A stretch of 61,206 bases of DNA, filler included, from Vannella sp. (GCA_023345925.1; 6 parts of 6 records of this genome joined end to end with filler, not necessarily neighbours in it); one strand, 5' to 3'; numbered from the whole stretch's first letter, positions 44,338 through 58,241 are shown. Translations and numbers: made by a program. The notes: generated from the sequence alone by a model not told the origin.

Positions 44338-47300
44338 TTAAGCAAAGCCAAACCCAGCAGTTTCTTTGATGGCGGTGATAAGTTTCTTCTCCAACTCTTC
44401 TTCGCTTGAATACGCAGGAAGGTCCAATTGGTTGAAGCTGCGCGGTTTGGTGAGAGATGATGTGAGATGGGCGACTTTAACTTACCAAGTGTGGGCTGTA
44501 GGAAGGCGTTTGATGTCTGGAACAAGATAAATGGTGAACCGTTGGGTCCCGTGCATCCCAGAGAGTGACGCAAATCCATCAAGAGGGACTTGGCTCGATC
44601 CAGTGACGAATTGGAGGAGCAAAGCACGTTCTTCTTTCGAGAACTTGTTGCACACAATGTTCCAGAATGACCGAATGACGGGAGTATCTGCGGTGCATGC
44701 TTTGTAGTCCGTATTCCTCTTCATGTCTTGGACATCAAAGTCGGGAAGGCCTGAAATAAGCAACTCCAACTCCAGTTCGTTGAAGATAGAGACCAGAGTC
44801 TCTGGGATGAGTTCATAGAAGCCTTCTTTGAAGGCTTTCAGTTGCTCTGAAATGACTTGTGTCATCTTAAAGTCTGCAAGAGCTTGAACATACTTCTTTT
44901 TGTTCTCTTCGACAACGGCAATATTGGACCCATTTGGAATCAAGTCAGTCGCAGTGATATGCCCAAAGGTATGGAGATCCGTTGAAAAGGTGAGTTCAAG
45001 TGGTGTCACATCATTGTGGAGGATCCAGGCTAGATTCTTGTAGAATTGGGGATCAAGCGATTCAATATCCTTCCAAATGACCTTCCTCCCAAGAATGTGC
45101 TTGTAGAAGCTCCTCGTAAAGTGAACGTCCATCTGGGAGTCATCAAAGATGGCTTTCCCAATCACGCGACCACAGAACTTAAAGTAGTCAAGATGTCTTG
45201 GATTGATGGCCGAGTCCTTGTTGGGTTGGAACGTGCCGTCAGGAGAAGCAACAAAGAGTCCGTAGTTAGGATTAAAGATTTGCTTTGATAGCTCTTGGTA
45301 CCAGTCCCGAAGAAGACCACCTGCATCGACACCAGGTTCCCCTTCAAATCGGACAACGAGACGGGAACGAAGGTCTTCCTTCTTCAGTTGGTGGAACTGG
45401 CGGAAGGAGTCCTCAAACAGATCGCTCCGGCGAACTTGAATAACGGCTCGTTCGAATCGGTGCATTGAGACTGGATCTGCATGAAGCGAGCGATGGAAGT
45501 GCTTGCGTTTGATGTCAAAGTCTAAGAATGCTGGGTACTGGGCCACAATAGACATGGAGCCACTGAGAAGGTTAGGCCGCTGACGCAGTAGGTTGTTGAT
45601 GATGGACCGGAAATCTCTCAAAAAAGTGAGTGGTTGGGCTCCTTGAATAGCAGTACCGATAGGCTGGGCCTTCCACTGCTTCTCGTGTGAAACAAAAAAC
45701 AATTCAATGATGTGGGCGATAGAGTCCAAAGCGCTGAGTTCAAGCTGTCGAACTTCTTCGCTTTCACCCTCGTAGATGGGGCTGATCACTGCGAGATACT
45801 CGAAAAGAGTGTCCCACAGTGGACTCATTTTGACGAGAGTTTGAGAGTTCCAATCGTCAGGGAATACTTGAGTGAAGCAGTGGACAGAGCGGAGGAGGAC
45901 GGGACTGAAATCGGAAGACTGCTCCACTCGGAAGATTCGAGCGCGTTGCTGATTTGTTGGTAGACTTCTAAGGTTATTGATTTGGACCTGCAGGAAAGAG
46001 ACTTCGCTCTTCAAATGGCTCAGTAGAAGTACCTCGAGAGCCTCTTTGATGTGCACAGCATTGTGTCCATTGAGGGATAGGCGCTTAACAATATTGATCA
46101 AGTCTGGGAGGACTCGGCTCTCGCAAGACGGGAAGCTAAATATAGCTACTAACAAGTTGAGAGACCTGCGAGAGAGGGTTGGGGTGGGTAGCGGTGCCTC
46201 TTGCGGCTCTTCATTCTTTGTCTCTGTGGGTCCAGATCTTCTTGATGTCCCAGGGCCTGATGGCCAGAAAATTGGGATGTCTGATAACAACGCTGAACAA
46301 GCCGCCGCAGCTGGGCTAACATGGGAAGCATTGGCATTCTCAGGGGTTGGAGCCTTGTCTTCAAACTGCTTGGTTAGAATTTGTAGCAACTGAATGGACA
46401 TGGAGAGAGTGTGGCGCGAGGAGCTGATATAGGGATTATCGAGTTCTTCGAAGAGGAATGCAATGGGCATGAGTGAGGACTCATTTTGTGGCACATCCAT
46501 CAGTTCAAAGAGCCAGTGGGTCTCTGGCAAAGGAGTGAACATGAAATTGGTCATTGCCTTGCAGTTGTGTGTGGCCAATTCAACGAGAGCAATGAGACCT
46601 CGAGAGAAGACGAACTTGGGGGCCGCTTGGGTGAACGAGATGAAAAAGAGGAATGACGGGTCCAAGCCCAGAGAATGATGATTTGGTTCCCGGAGAGGAA
46701 GGAATTTGGAAGCCGAAGAGATACGGAGCTTAACGTTTGTCATCAAATGGTCCAACCTCTCTGACTCAGGGATGGACAGAAGGTCAGGAGTGCATGTGGG
46801 AAGGGGCGCGTTTGCAGAGAGTATAACCAGTAAGATACTGACGAGATTGGATCGCGTGGTCGGGTGAGTACAGAGGTCTTTGCAAAGCCTGGAAATAGTC
46901 CATTTTTTGCTTCTCTGGTACAACAATCTGAGAATGCACTCAAGGTCTTCCCTCCCAACAAGCTCTGGACCAGTAAAATCAGGGCGAGGGCGTCTGGTTG
47001 GGCGGTTACGATGGTGAAGGCGATTGATCGAGTGCGGGAACCGCGAATGAAGCTCTGAACGCCCAAAGTGGATGCTTGCTCGTTCAGGAAGGTTCAAGGT
47101 TCTTATAGCGGAGTGATTGGCAGGGAGACGGAATGCTCTTGCATTGTGGCCTTCTTCGCTCTGAAAGAAAGCTTGGTGGTTTGAGAGCGCTGCAAGGAGT
47201 CTAGATCGGGAAGGATCATCACGAACTGAAGGGGGCAGGGGCTGGGGTCCACTTCCTGACTGCGAAATCAGTTCCAATTGGAGTTCAGGAGGGAGTTGCC

Positions 47301-50300
47301 AAAACACTTCAGGATCCATGCCTGTCGGAACCGCAGACCGATTCATCAGAAGCTCAACATCCCGCTGGTTTGCCAGCACTTCCGCGCGAATTTCAGGGGG
47401 TAACTCGTCCAAGATCGCCAAATCTAGCGATAGCTGTTCAGGCGCAGGAGCTGGGGCAGTAACGGCGACCTCCAGGGGTACTTGGTCAACCTGCTGTGTA
47501 GCCGGAAGGAGAGACCATCTCCCCCTGAGAGCCCCCGTCCGGAAACGGTCTGGCAAATCAGTTTGGGAGTCTACGACTGGAGGAGGGCACTCTGGAGGCC
47601 TCGAAGGAACGTCCGTGTTAGGACGAGACTGTTGGAATAGGGCAACCAGTTCCTGGCTCAAATTAGAGGAGTATTCCAGCATAGCTGCAGTCAAGTCTGA
47701 TTCTTGATCAATCCACCGATACCACTGAGCTAACAAGAAGTTGGGAATAGTTGAGCCAAGCAGGCGTCGGATGGAATGGAGATTTGCAGGAGCACTGCGG
47801 AAGTCGGTCTCACTGATGCCATTGGAAATGCGGACGATATTCGCCAGTGGGGAGTCAAGAACGCGGCGGTGTTGATGGTGGCCTGTTGGGAAATGTCGAT
47901 CATGACCAAAGGAAAACGTATGGGGTTGGTTCAACTGTTCCTCGTCTTCTTCATCCAAATCTTCTGGGAATCTGATTTGGACGCCGGTGCGGAACGGCTG
48001 AAGAGAAGGCACTGGAATGCCTTCGTAGCGAACCACATCTTGTTCATCGTCATACTCTTCCATGTCTTCCTCTTCATCCTCTTCCTCCATCTCCTCTTCC
48101 TCTTCCCGCTCCCCTACTTCAACGCTTCGGAGTACATTCATGAGCGAGTCCGGGGTCGTGTCTTCTGGATCGCTGAGATGGCCGTGTTCGTTTCCAACAG
48201 GGTAGTTTCCATGATCCAGGCTGCTAGAAGTTGCCATGAAAGAGGTGTACTCACTGTCAACTGGAGAAGGACTGGCAATTGGGTGGGAAGGAGCCGATGG
48301 TTCGCTTTCTGGTTGTGGCAGGTCATTCTTGGGCGAGTGCTTAGTGATGACATGAGCTACAGCAGTGATACACTTGACTAGACTGTGTACGGCAGGCATG
48401 AGCATGTAATTGTCAAGGTTCATCACTTTGTAAATAGCCATTAGGTGTCCCATCAGTTTACTTTCTGCGAACAACTCAGCCAATGTCTGCTTGGCCTCAT
48501 CTGTACTCTGATTTTTGGTGATGATTCGCAAAAGCTCGGAGATGGAGTAGATCCAACAGCTATGGTCCACTGTGGCAAGTTGCTCTGAAGAGTGCAAGAT
48601 TTCTGCTTTGAGCGAAGTCAAAGCGCGGCATGCTTGAGAAACAATCTTTTTTCGAGCCTCCTTTGAACACCAAAGAGTGACGAGGAGTCGTGGGGCTAAG
48701 AGGCAGGAGTCGAACTCTTCTGGCACCCACGGAGCGGGACTGAATGCTTTGGTAGGGAATTTGATCACGTTAAAAATGAGATATTTGATAAGCCGTCTTC
48801 CGACAGGAGCCCCACTCTTGGCAGGCTGAAAGAGCACAGCTGGACAAGCAGAGTAGTTGGCAAGTAAATCCGTAAGGAGAGCGATGGTGCTACGGGGATG
48901 AAGAAGACTGACTCGGCCCTCTATGGGAGCGTTTGAATCATCTTCTGCAGGCGTTGGAGTAAGTATGCTATTGATAAGAAGTCCTACAATTTGGGGAAGA
49001 TGGCCGGAAGGCTTTTGCGGGATTCTCAATCTTCTGCAATGCGGACGCACTTTGGGAGAGTCCCCCGGATCCTTTCGGGTAAAGGGGACGATCTTTTGGT
49101 TGCTATTCATCTCGCAGCAATTGTAAGCGGCTTTGAAAAAGACGTCTTTCTCTCGCACCAAAAGGTGGGCGAAGATCTTGAGAAAATCTGGCTGTTTCAG
49201 TTCGCGTCCTCGCATCAAGTGAATGATGTCATTCTCCATTGCTATTTGAAGGTTGTTCCAGTCTTCAACCAAGTGGCGTAACACACATTTGACAGCTCTG
49301 ATTGTTATCGGGAGGAACTGCGTCTCCACTTGCAGGGAAAGAATCTTCTCCAGACCATTTTGCTCGACGAAGGTATTACTTATCTCCGAGGAGAGGGTGA
49401 GCTTCGACACCAAGTGCAGAGTGTCCACCATAAGAGGAGTATTACGTGAAAACACTTCGTGGGAGAGAAGTCCAAGGCATCCCTCAATCCCCCGCTGGAG
49501 TTCTACTTGTCGCAAAATCACAATACTGGATGGCTTTTCGCCTTCGAGTTTCAGAGGGAGAATGCAGAATGCGGCAATCAGACCCAACGCAGGTTGTAGC
49601 CACTTGGATGCGTTAGGATCTGGCTGATCAGACCCATGCAAACACTTGATAATCTTGTCGAGAGCAAGTGTCTGAACGGCACACTCGTTATAAAGCCTTT
49701 CTCGAGTTTTGGCGCTTTCTCTAGCTTGCTGCCTGAGACACTTGAATAGATTAGCCCAATAGGTGGACGTATGAGGAGTTTGGCTTTCTTTCTGGGCCAA
49801 ACACCCGACAAGAGTTGGATCCTTGTGGGCTTCGAGCATGTCCAAGACTTTTTGCACCTGAAAGTCTTCAGAGTTCAAGAGAGCACATAAGATAGATGAA
49901 AAGCTGCCTTCTACCGGAGGTACTGGAGTGGTCGGGGGATTGCTTAGGGTTGGCTGTTGCATGGAGAGGAAGAGGGCTTGGGCAAGGGCATCTTCGTCAC
50001 TGCCTTCGTCGACGTCGACGTCCATGAGATCTTCAAATGGGAATCCTTGATTCAGACCTAATTGGTTCAAACCTAATTGGTCATGACCGAATAAGGATGG
50101 AGGATATAAATCCGAGGCTCTGGTACGAGGTAGGTTGTGAGCTGCAGCGGTCTGAGGAAAGTGCAGTGCGTTGTACACATTCAACAGGTTGAGTTCATTT
50201 GAAATTGACTTTCCCTCCAAGATATCTGTTTGCCAAAGAGGACGGAAGATACGGTCTATGGTATCCTTGATAGGGAAAGGTAGAGCAGGATACGAGCTAA

Positions 50301-53300
50301 CACGGAGAAGGCCAGTACAAAGAGAAGAGAACTGAGACATGGAGGAGGTTGCAAGCGAGCGGAAAACAGGAGCATCGGGATGTGATGCTTTGGAGAGAAG
50401 CTGAAAGCCGTACGAGTCAGCGCACAGAAGTAGGCGCTCTCCTTCCTCTAATAGAACACAGAGACCATTCCTCGAACCCACCTGCCATGAGAGCAGATGT
50501 TTAACCACAAGCAAATTTCTCGCTTGAAGAATTAGCGAGATGATGGAGCAGATTGACCCCAAATGCTGAATCCGCACGACTGGAGTAGCTTCTTCATCTT
50601 TCAGTTTGGCGAAGCAATCTTCTTGGTACCACTGGATCTCGTCTTCAAGGATATCAAACAGGATTGATCTACTTTCTTCTGGCTCCGTAAACACGCGCAT
50701 GTTTTGGAAGAGCTCAACGTTTGAGCCCTTATCGTGCAAGCAGTCAAACTTGAAGTCATTGGCATCGTTGGTTGTGGACAAAGGTCGCTGCGGATGCACC
50801 AACAAGTGGCGGGCTCTTGCAGCATTTTGTTCCGCTGTGTGCCAAGACAAGCTCCTGAAGAGGTCGGCGCAATTTTTAAGAGCAGTCCGAAGTTCTTCAG
50901 CGTTTAGATCGCCTGCTGCATGCTGATGATTATCAAGACGTTTCAGCATTCGTTTGAAGTTCATGGATAACGAAAAGAGGGCCACTAAGCCCTTATTTGT
51001 GGGGTCAACACAGAGATTCTTCAGACCACTTGGATAAAGCGATTTCACCTTCTCATTGAGGCGACTGATGATGGCATCTAGCATTTGCTTCTGTCCTAAA
51101 TCAACCACGCGATCAAGGAATTTCTTATAAGGAAGCTCAACAACTGCGATATTGTTGGGGAGGTGGCACGCCATGATATCAACAGCTAATCTCATCAACG
51201 CTCGAAGTTGATCAATGGTAAAGAGGCGTCCTCCAACGCGGGTGGTGTGAGCAACAAGTAACTTGGATGCAAAGGTCATGAATGAGCCAACTATCATATG
51301 ATTTGGACCTTCGGGGCCCGAGGCAGAGTTGGAAGGATCACGAGGGAATGGCTCTTTCTTTCGCTCCTCTTCGCAATGAAGTAAGAGGCGTTCGGTAGAA
51401 ACAAGTACCGCTTGAACAATGATCGGTACAAACTCTTCTGTGTAGTATGAGGCAATTTCTCCGAGTGTGTCCGCAACTACGGAAGCAGGGCGGAAGCACA
51501 ATGTTTTGTCGGCAGGTATCTCCACAAAAAACACTTCTAGGAGCTTTGGCAACACTCGCCTCTCTATGACCAAAGCGCGCCCTTCTGCCTTAAGGCTGAT
51601 GTTGCGAAGCACTCGGCAATAAGCTTCGAAGCAGATGAATTTTGGGTTGGCATGGCCGGCAATAGAATCAACAGAAAATCTACATAGTCCAGCATCGAGC
51701 ACAACTGAAAAGTTCTCTGGCTCTTCTTGCATCATTATGGCAATCAAATTCTGTGCCGCACAGGTCAGCTTCGGGTGTAGGCGTGATGGACAGGAGAGTA
51801 TCGTCTCCAACAGGAGTGAGAGTTTGCTATTGAGTAATTGGGCGGTCGGCACACTGGCCTTACTCTTGAGAGTAGTTAAGCAGTCCAGCAAAGAAGTTGG
51901 TACCTGCTGATCCATTGTGAACAAGTCATCCACGATTGTGAGGGAGGACGTGTCTTGGTCCCTCCATTCCAATAGTTGATCGGCCAAGTGGCCCGCCTGG
52001 ACTAACAGGCCAGGTAAACCTTGCTGCACAACGGATTGAAGAACTACTAGAGGGGCATACTCTACTTTAAGCAGCTCTAGCGCCATAAGGAAAACAATCG
52101 GATCCTCATGTGAAAGAAGGTAGATAAGGAGATTCTGAACGCCATTTGTCAGGTAGTCACTCCGATGATCCTGGTTCTGAGTATGTAGGACTGCCAAGAG
52201 GGTGGTCAATACAGAAGCGATCTTCTTCTTCTCGGAAAGACTATCTTCTCCTTCGTAGGAAGAAATCAGCCGCCTGAGGGTTGAGACAATTGGCCCATTA
52301 GACCCACAGCCCACCTTTCGTAGATGGCAACTAATCTTCGGGTTAGATAGGAACCTATAGCATCGGAGGACCTGTTTCAGGTCATCCAAGGAGATTGCAG
52401 TGCTACTGAGGAGCTTCAGGAAGTGTTCGGCGCAAGTTTTCCCAATGCTGGGGGTGTTAGGGATGTTATGATAGACACCAATAGCCAGCGCATAAAGCTT
52501 AGTGAGCCCATGGAGCCTCCTCTGGACGGGATCACGGAAGCTCTGAGCGCAACGAATGTGTTGAAGAATGGTGGATCGGAAGCGATAAGGCAGCCGATAC
52601 TGCAACGCCACTCGATTACAGATCTCCTCAGGTGCATTAGGGAGCTGGTCTATGCTTGGGAGGTAAACCGTGACGCGGTGCGCCTCAGTGAGAAGAGACT
52701 CTTTTTCATCCACAATGGCATGTTCCTCATGCACGATTGTCTCGAAGATGATGGAGCAGCCACGGACCAAGACCTTTGAAAAGTGTCAAACAAAGAAGGC
52801 GATAGGGAGCACGAACCTCTTCGGGTGGGTCGTTGATCAGCATGTCCATGAGGGTGAGTCCACCATCATATCGCAGCATCAGAGGGCGGAGTGATTCCAC
52901 AAAGGAGGCATTGTTTGACATCCCAGTGCAAAGAAACAGCACGCGCAGGGTCTCACAAACGATTTCGACGTCGTCATGTCGGAGGAGTTGCTCGAGGCGC
53001 TACAAATCGAGTCAGAATGAGGATTGTGAGGTTCTTCAGCATACCTCAATGGAGTTGTAGTACTTGGTGTGGTAAACCAACTCGCGAAGGATGAACTCTG
53101 TCTGCCGAAGAACTGCAAGAACGTGGCGTTTGTCGCACGAGCTGGGATTCTCGTTAAAGGTGCAAAGGATCTCGTCAAAGCTATCAAATACGTCCATCCA
53201 GTATGAAAAGTGAGCCTGAATGATCACAAAGGAGAGGGTAGAGTGAGTTCCCGAGACAACAACGAATCCTGACATCCTTAGAAGTCATAAGGATGCAGCT

Positions 53301-53462
53301 TACCTGTGGAAGGTCCTCACAAGGCGTAAAGACACCACAGCCAACTTCGTTCTTCATGCGCGTAATAGCTTCTTGCATCGCCGGTGTGATCTTCTCCCAG
53401 TCAGTCCAGTCCACCAAACCCGAAGGCTGCAGCCACTTCCGCGACCACAACACGTTCCACAT
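44338..53462 (-). CDS. HUWE1/Tom1/UPL1-like giant HECT E3 ubiquitin ligase; about 5 exons including one of about 8.3 kb
   Basis: N-terminal FSYWMDVFDSFDEIL (DUF908-like), UIM DEDALAQALFLSMQ, UBMs ILDELPPEIRAEVL and DPEVFWQLPPELQLELI, HECT FEGEPGVDAGGLLRDWY and LLQFVTGSSQVPLDGF. The catalytic LPTAHTC|FNQLDLP is completed by the last intron, and the protein ends GFGFA-stop. Confidence 0.93.
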
Positions 53463-53654
53463 ACCTTCGACAGGGGAGAAGGAACAGCCTCCCTATCAAC
53501 CTTCATCCCCGCCCTGACACCAAATAATGAAGATTTTTCCTCCTCAGCCAGGCTATTCCCGAACGGCGACTATTCAGCCCAATAGAAAAGTTTATTTCAG
53601 ACGGTTTTGAGGACGCTGGAGGATGGGCGGGCTTCACTTTATTGTTGAGGGGAA

Positions 53655-54853
53655 ATGGCTGAATGGGAGGAGCAGGAGGACAAGGGTGTTTTGTCAGCTT
53701 ACCAGTCACTCTACAAGAAGAAGCGGAAACCTATGGAGGGACTGTTGTTGAAGGGGGATCCACGGTACTTTGATAGCCAGCTTATCGTGAACGCATTCGC
53801 GTGCTCTTTCCTTCCTAAGGCGGTGTCGGTTCCTTTGGACTTGCTGGGGCAGCCGTGGAGCAAGATCTCACAGACTGTGTCTGTGCTTTTACGTGACACA
53901 AATGCCTGGAGGCAGAGCTCCAGCATGTTCCGGGCTCTCGTCATCCACAGCATGATGAAGCACACTCTCTTGCTCTACACTTACGAGCGGACAAAGGTCT
54001 TCATCTCTAACGAGAAGGGCATCAACGGTACGTCTTTACGTCTCTATTCCTTCACGAACTGAGATGAAGAAGTCTACTATGGTCCAACGACAACCTTCCT
54101 TAACGGAGCCACGGCTGGCTCTCTTTCCACCTTCATGACGCATTTGTATCGCGTCCGCATACATCAAAAGCATTATCTACACCAAGACATCTCCCTACCC
54201 TCCCTCAAGTGAGTCATTCCCTATCAAAATAGAAAATTCTCACTCGATACAGAATGCACCTTCCCCGAGGCTCGCGGCGCACTGGCTTCTTGAATCGGTT
54301 TACGGTAGTGACTCCTTCAGAGTACCTTCTGTTCTCACGCTGTGGCAGGATGCCCCTTTTCTGGTATTGAGGTCGAGTGTCCAATACGGGACCTTCTTCA
54401 TGGTCTACGAAAGAATTCTTCAGGTCAGAAGTGACCTAGTGGCACGTGAATCCAAGTAACATTCAGGACGGGACGTAGGAATGGGATCCGACGGAAGTGT
54501 CGATGAAAGTGAATGCACTTTCCGCATACTTCGCTTCCTTCTTTGCGCTGACGGCTGCCCAGCCTTTTGAGAATCTGACAAAGAGTTTCTTACCGTCAGA
54601 CGTGACGTACTGGGATACGTTCCGTCGGTTTGTCAGGAGCAAGGGAGCTCTCCCTCTGTGGAGGGGGAGCTTTTCTGCGTGCATCAGAGGCAGTCCCTTC
54701 TTCGCTCTGACGATGGGTTCCTACGACAGTTTGAAGCGCGTTTTCCTTTGGTATAACGGATACACTCTCACTCCAGAATACGATCTCCCACAGCCTGGGG
54801 TCGCTCAAAACAAGCCTTATGAGCCTCCAGCTTGGAGCAAGTTCGACACATAA
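53655..54853 (+). CDS. Divergent mitochondrial carrier (SLC25)-fold protein; 5 exons
   Basis: Three carrier-like repeats: KAVSVPLDLL...LYTYERTK, FLNGATAGSLSTFMTHL...FFMVYERI, and LTAAQPFENL...GALPLWRGSFSACIRGSPFFALTMGSYDSLK. Introns at about 54029-54069, 54209-54252, 54305-54348 and 54424-54478. Confidence 0.7.
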
Positions 54854-54966
54854 CAAACTTTGGCTTTTTGTCACTTTCTGCATGCCATTGCAATGAGTGG
54901 GATGGTTGAATCAAACGAAAGGCTTCATTGTTATTCAACAGAAAGTTTACATTGGAACTGCCCAGA

Positions 54967-56428
54967 CTAGACTATAAAGTCTATGGTGACCACATGGGCT
55001 GTACAGATGATAGTGAGGGAGCCATCTGCGCCTAAAAAGCCAGATGCTTTTCCAATCAGATCATGTTTGATTGCTTTGCGATCTCCCCAGCCTTGCCCAT
55101 TATCGACTGGGAAGGTTATCAGAAAGTCTTTGCAAAGGTCAGTAAGACTAATTCGGGATTGGTAGTGAATGTACCTTTTGAAATGGTTTCATCAGGTGAA
55201 AGATGGTTGACAACACTCATTGTGTATCGTAAGGTGACATGACTGTTTGGAGGAAGGTTCTGGCAGAACAGATATACCGATAGGTACTCTTGGCTCTCTT
55301 CGTTGTCCCCGAAGAAATAAGAGCCCATGAACCACTCAAATCCATGAATGGAGAAGGACTTGCTCCGTTTAAAGCAACGCCTTTGGATTGATTTGAAGTC
55401 TGGAATGTTCCAGCTAGCAGAGTATTCAGTCTTGCATCGAGAGTTAACAGTGTCAGTCAACTCCAGAACCCGCCGTTGAAGATCATCCAACGTTTGTTGA
55501 AACTTCTTTTGCTGTTCTTTCAGTTGCGTATCGTGGGAGGACTTAAGGAGCGATAGATGGGTGCATTGAGAGGTGTTCATATGCTCTTCTTGGTGTTTAC
55601 GGAGAAACTTTAAAATATTGTGAGAAAGGACGGGGCATTGAACTGACTTACAGATTCAGTGCAACCATGGTCTTGGAAAGGGCAATGGACAGTTTCTTCT
55701 TCACACAGAGAGCGTTTGTGGTGGGCTAGATCTCGGAGGAGAACCGACTCTTTGCAGGCAGAGCAGGTGACTGGGGACATTGTGCAATGAGCCTCGTGTT
55801 CCTGCGGGGATCAGACCTCTCAATCGAAACTAAGGTTAAAACTTACCTCCAGAGAGTTGGAGGGGTGGCTTCTATCACAGTAGCGGCAGATACTAGGTCT
55901 GAATTCACAGATCTCTTTGTGGTTCACCCACTGATTCTTCCGGAGTGTGTGCACGGACTCAGCAGTCTTGTAAGTGAAGGGGCACCGAATCCAAGCAAAC
56001 TTGCACTCTTTCTCATGGCTTTCGAGGTCCTGAAGAGCCACTTCTTCAGGGCAGCCATCTTCCGCTCTTTTGTTCGAAGGTTCGCCCAGCTCATCACAGC
56101 TCCCTTCATAGTGATATTGGCAGTGGACAGGGATGAGTTTGCAGTACTCTTCGAGGTAAAGGTTCCTCGCAACAGTCTCCTCGCTCATCTCACGGCGACA
56201 AATGGGACAGTCCATGGCTTTTACGATGCATTTGGCAACGCAGTCACCACAGTAGACATGCCCCGAAAGACACTGTCTTGGATGGGTCAAAACAAGGCAA
56301 CAAATACCACAAAGAACGTCATGTTTCAGCTTCTCTCCGACGATGCGATCTTCCACAGGAAGTATTTGGGGCTTGGGGACCTCCTCTTCCTTCCTCTTTT
56401 GAACAGGAACTAGAGCCGGTACTTCCAT
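54967..56428 (-). CDS. TRAF-like protein (RING, TRAF zinc fingers, coiled coil, MATH); multi-exon
   Basis: CGICCLVLTHPRQCLSGHVYCGDC...CPICR, Cys/His fingers HEKECKFAWIRCPF and HKEICEFRPSICRYC, MATH SWNIPDF...SKSFSIHGFEW...YLSVYLF, and last exon FPVDNGQGWGDR. Confidence 0.9.
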
Positions 56429-57056
56429 CACAAACGGTTGAGACTTGGACTCGAGAAACCTGTAGATGAACTCGATGGTGGGCAGCAGCAGAATGGCCGA
56501 CATTTCCCCTCAATTCGAAGAAACAAAAAGTGGGATTGAGAAATTGTTTCATTTATTTCCTTTCATCAACAATGGAGGACTTTGTGATATGTTGTTGCCA
56601 AGAAGGAATTAAACAGGGAAATGCGACGAGTTCGTGCAAGAGAGGAAGGCAAAGATCGAACAGTTCCCCTGTTTGTTGGGGTCGATTGGAGGAGCTGATG
56701 CTGTATGATAGGATCTCTCTGTTGGTCTATTGAGTATGGAAGGTTAGGCAGGGTGTGGGGACGAACCTTATTGATTGGGAGTGAGATGTTTGGGTGCCGT
56801 TGGTGTCAGCAATCGCCAAGAGGAGATCAGGATAGAGGAATGCGATCTTGGGAAAGACGAAGATGAAGACTGCACAAAGGCGATCAAGATCGAAGAGGTC
56901 AGAGGTGACAACAGCGCACTTCAGGCCTTTGAAGAGAGCGTCAAAGCTCAGTTGTGTGGCAGTAAGGTGCACAGATTGTTCAATAAGTGGAGAGATGGTA
57001 CCAACACACAGGGGTGACTCCACCTCTGAAGAGTTCTGCGCTGATCGAAGGATGAC

Positions 57057-57156
57057 NNNNNNNNNNNNNNNNNNNNNNNNNNNNNNNNNNNNNNNNNNNN
57101 TTAATTAATTAANNNNNNNNNNNNNNNNNNNNNNNNNNNNNNNNNNNNNNNNNNNN
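57057..57156. other. Artificial contig spacer
   Basis: N44-TTAATTAATTAA-N44. Confidence 0.98.
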
Positions 57157-58241
57157 CTGGAAAGGAGAGTTTGGAATGGATGTACCGCGGTGTTCTCACT
57201 ACTACATCAACCGAGCAAGAGCTTAACAAGCCGTACATAGCCCCCGAGGAGCAAGAGGATCTCTCAACCCCCAGTTACCTTCAAAAGAGAGCGGTGAACA
57301 CAACACAGGACGACTGGAACAAGGTAATGGAGGATCCTCTTCTACAGATCCGCCAGACAGAGCAAGATACCATGCGAATGATCGCTAAGAACCCGCTCAA
57401 GATGAAGGAGATCCTTCACCTTCTCCAGAAGCGCGAGCACAAGAGCAAGAAAGACAAGAAGTCTTCCCACAAGAGCAAGAAGCGAGATCGAAAAGTGCTT
57501 TCACCCTCTCCTCGTGATGATACGCGCGAATCCAAGCAGGAAAGGCGAGAGGCGTCGCGTTCTCCTCCTCGCAAGAGGAGGCGACACACTGAGAGCACTC
57601 GCGAAGATCCAAGGCGCCATTCTCCCGTCCGCGATCATCAGAATGATAGGAGGCTTCGAGACTCTCCAGAGTATGAGAGAGAAAGGAGCCGTCGCCCAGA
57701 GCATACATCGAGGGCTTCAGATGATAGGCGGTCTACTCGCCGTTCCCCTTCTCGAGGCTACCACGATGATAGGAGGCCCCGAGAGGACTCACGGCGCCAT
57801 TCTCCTGAGCCAGAAAGGAGGCGAAATGAGGGCCGAGACCATTCCCACCGCCATAGATCACGGTCTCGATCACCCGCTCGTTCAGTAGCACAAAGCCTCC
57901 CTCCAACAGAGGTACCTCAGGACCGCAATCGAGCGCCCTTCCGAGCATCGAGAAATGGGCGAAGCAGAACAGCAGGGCTCTCTGAGGAGGAGAAAGAGAG
58001 AAGATTGAGGGAAATGGAAAGTGCAGGAAAGGCCAATTACGAGCACAAACTACAAAGATACGTGCGAAGCAAAGAAGAACACGAGCGTGACAAACAGGAG
58101 CTCCTTTCGCGACTTCCAGACGGGAACAGCAGCTTCCTTGAGACCATGCAAACGGAAGTTTACATGGGAAAGAACACCTCTCTGGAAGAACGCCTCGGCC
58201 GTCACCGGCATTATCTGAAGCGGGACGAAGATCATCAATGA
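57157..58241 (+). CDS. CWC25: Pre-mRNA splicing factor CWC25, 5'-partial
   Basis: LEWMY, DDWNKVMEDPLLQIRQTEQ...KNPLKMK, Arg/Ser/His-rich middle, LSEEEKERRLREM, SLEERLGR. Confidence 0.85.

Noticed and set aside
56775..57056. Charged 80-aa ORF at the contig end
   Set aside because: It may be the start of a gene, but it has no clear ATG or recognisable domain and is truncated by the spacer.
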